This document shows positions 62,553 to 64,000 of a stretch of DNA of 64,000 nucleotides, piece by piece (position 1 is the stretch's first letter; each line of letters opens with the position of its first letter). Under the pieces are notes generated by a model. It had not been told where the DNA came from and did not search any database. It saw only the letters and a program-made list of their open reading frames with translations. The stretch is from an uncultured Mycoplasmatota bacterium (GTDB lineage Bacteria > Bacillota_I > Bacilli_A > RF39 > UBA660): positions 4,490 to 68,489 of the forward strand of contig CANPIX010000002.1 in the NCBI GenBank assembly GCA_947574215.1, written 5' to 3'. A program made the position numbers and the translations under genes.

Positions 62553-63464
62553 ATGAAAAACAAAATACTATTAGCAGTAGTAGTTGTTTTAAGTATTATA
62601 GCGTTAGGAGTGATAAGTAGTAAAAATACCAATCACTCTTTTTTTGATAAAGACGATACCATTAAAGTTAAAACAAAAGAAGAAAAAATCGAAGAGTTAA
62701 AAATTGAAGATTATTTGGTTGGAGTTCTAGCGGCTGAAATGCCAGCTTCTTTTGAAGTTGAAGCGCTAAAAGCTCAAGCAGTAGCTTCTCGTAGTTATGC
62801 AATGTATAAAATTTTACACAATGAAAGCGAAGAATATGATATTTTAACAGATGTAACCAATCAATCCTATATAACGAAAGAAGAGATGAAAAATAAGTGG
62901 GGAACTCATTATGATTTTTATTTAAATAAAATAACGAACGCTGTAAAAGATACTGAAAAAGAAGTCCTTTATTATGATGATGCAATTATTGAGGCATTTT
63001 ATTTTGCTATGAGTAATGGTGCAACAGAAGACGCTAAAAGCGTTTTTCAAAGTGATCTCCCTTACATAAAAGCTACAACTTCTTCATGGGATAATGAAAC
63101 TTTAAATAATTTTAAGGTAACAACGAAATTTCCAAAAAAAGCGTTTTGTGAAAGTTTAAAATTAGAAGAATGTAATAAAATTCAAATTGATAAAATCAAT
63201 CGAAGCGCTAGTCAAAGAGTAAATAGCCTAGTTATCAACAATCAAGAATTTTTAGGTACTGAAGTAAGAAAACTTTTAAATTTACGTTCTACCGATTTTG
63301 AAATAGATGTAAATAATGATGAAATTATTATTACAACAAAAGGATATGGCCATGGAGTAGGGATGAGTCAGTACGGTGCGAATGGTATGGCGAAGGAGGG
63401 GTACAACTACAAAGATATACTTGCACACTATTATAATGATATAACAATAAATAAAATGGTATAA
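62553..63464 (+). CDS. spoIID: Stage II sporulation protein D (lytic transglycosylase)
   Basis: 303 aa. ALKAQAVASRSYA and GYGHGVGMSQYGANGMA are SpoIID signature blocks. It follows murA as in B. subtilis. Confidence 0.85.
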   Translation: MKNKILLAVVVVLSIIALGVISSKNTNHSFFDKDDTIKVKTKEEKIEELKIEDYLVGVLAAEMPASFEVEALKAQAVASRSYAMYKILHNESEEYDILTDVTNQSYITKEEMKNKWGTHYDFYLNKITNAVKDTEKEVLYYDDAIIEAFYFAMSNGATEDAKSVFQSDLPYIKATTSSWDNETLNNFKVTTKFPKKAFCESLKLEECNKIQIDKINRSASQRVNSLVINNQEFLGTEVRKLLNLRSTDFEIDVNNDEIIITTKGYGHGVGMSQYGANGMAKEGYNYKDILAHYYNDITINKMV

Positions 63465-63508
63465 AAGATTTTCTTTTGGGCGAAACTATCTAACAGGAAG
63501 GTGATTAG

Positions 63509-64000
63509 ATGACGAAAAGAAAATTGAAAGGAAGCGTAAAACGAGTATTGTGTGTTGCAAGTATAAGTGTTATATTCATTTCACTATTCTTTGTAACAAA
63601 AAATTTAAAGCCAACAAATGAAAGTGATGGTTCTTATGTAATGAACTCCATTTTAGAGCCAATTGAACCTGTTACAAATATCACAGAAACACCAAAGTTA
63701 ACAAGACCCTATACTAGTGATAAAGTAAAAATTAGCAAATATTTTTATGAAAAAGACGCTACAAATGAAGAACAAGAAAGATCTCTAATTTATTACGAAA
63801 ACACATATTTACAGAATAGTGGAGTTGTTTATAGTAGTGAAGAAGAATTTGATATAGTTTCTGTTTTTGATGGAACTGTAATTGATGTAAAAAAAGACGA
63901 TTTATTAAATAATATTGTATACGTATCTCACAACAGTAGTCTTACCACAATATATTATGGTCTTAAAGATGTAAAAGTAAAAGTAAATGATACAATAACA
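63509..64000 (+). CDS. M23/LytM-like (SpoIIQ-like) membrane protein, partial (runs off window end)
   Basis: The ATG at 63509 follows an aggaaggtga RBS. It has an N-terminal TM and a C-terminal region (VVYSSEEEFDIVSVFDGTVIDV...VYVSHNSSLTTIYYGL) resembling a degenerate M23 peptidase fold. Confidence 0.5.
   Translation, partial: MTKRKLKGSVKRVLCVASISVIFISLFFVTKNLKPTNESDGSYVMNSILEPIEPVTNITETPKLTRPYTSDKVKISKYFYEKDATNEEQERSLIYYENTYLQNSGVVYSSEEEFDIVSVFDGTVIDVKKDDLLNNIVYVSHNSSLTTIYYGLKDVKVKVNDTIT

Overview
This window covers the chromosomal replication-origin region of a very AT-rich, endospore-forming Firmicute. Gene order around the origin is Bacillus-like: gyrA, gyrB, recF, dnaN, dnaA, then oriC, then rpmH, rnpA, yidC/spoIIIJ, jag, mnmE, mnmG, rsmG and a parB/noc-like gene. 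Genes left of the origin lie on the minus strand and genes right of it on the plus strand. Most of the window is core housekeeping and sporulation genes with B. subtilis-like synteny: rplM-rpsI-cwlD, truA, yabP-yabQ-divIC, spoVG, veg, yabG, ksgA, tatD, metG with a T-box leader, spoVT, mfd, pth, yaaT, holB, bofA, recR, ybaB, dnaX, tadA, ywiB-argS, rpoE(delta), prfA-prmC, spoIIR, mntP, murA, rpmE, rpiB and spoIID. Bipartite DnaA-box clusters flank dnaA. A minimal ~77-nt SRP RNA lies between gyrA and tadA, and a ComK homologue sits between dnaN and recF. The first ~10.5 kb is an accessory, defence-island-like block. It holds a 3'-truncated Type I R-M methyltransferase (hsdM) translationally coupled to an AbrB/MazE-fold gene. 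Upstream of these are a Fic-family gene with a variant active-site motif and a 573-aa protein of unknown function, which is the best candidate for a novel defence component. The block also holds a remnant amidase gene whose 5' end is duplicated ~1.6 kb away, with the duplicates bracketing two paralogous small C1q/TNF-like (BclA-C-terminal-domain-like) genes. The remainder of the block is an HtrA-like protease, an Abi_2 abortive-infection gene abutting it, and a putative phospholipase-C-like gene. I found no rRNA or tRNA genes, CRISPR arrays, transposases or integrases. All calls are from reading the sequence and ORF translations by eye; no database searches were run.
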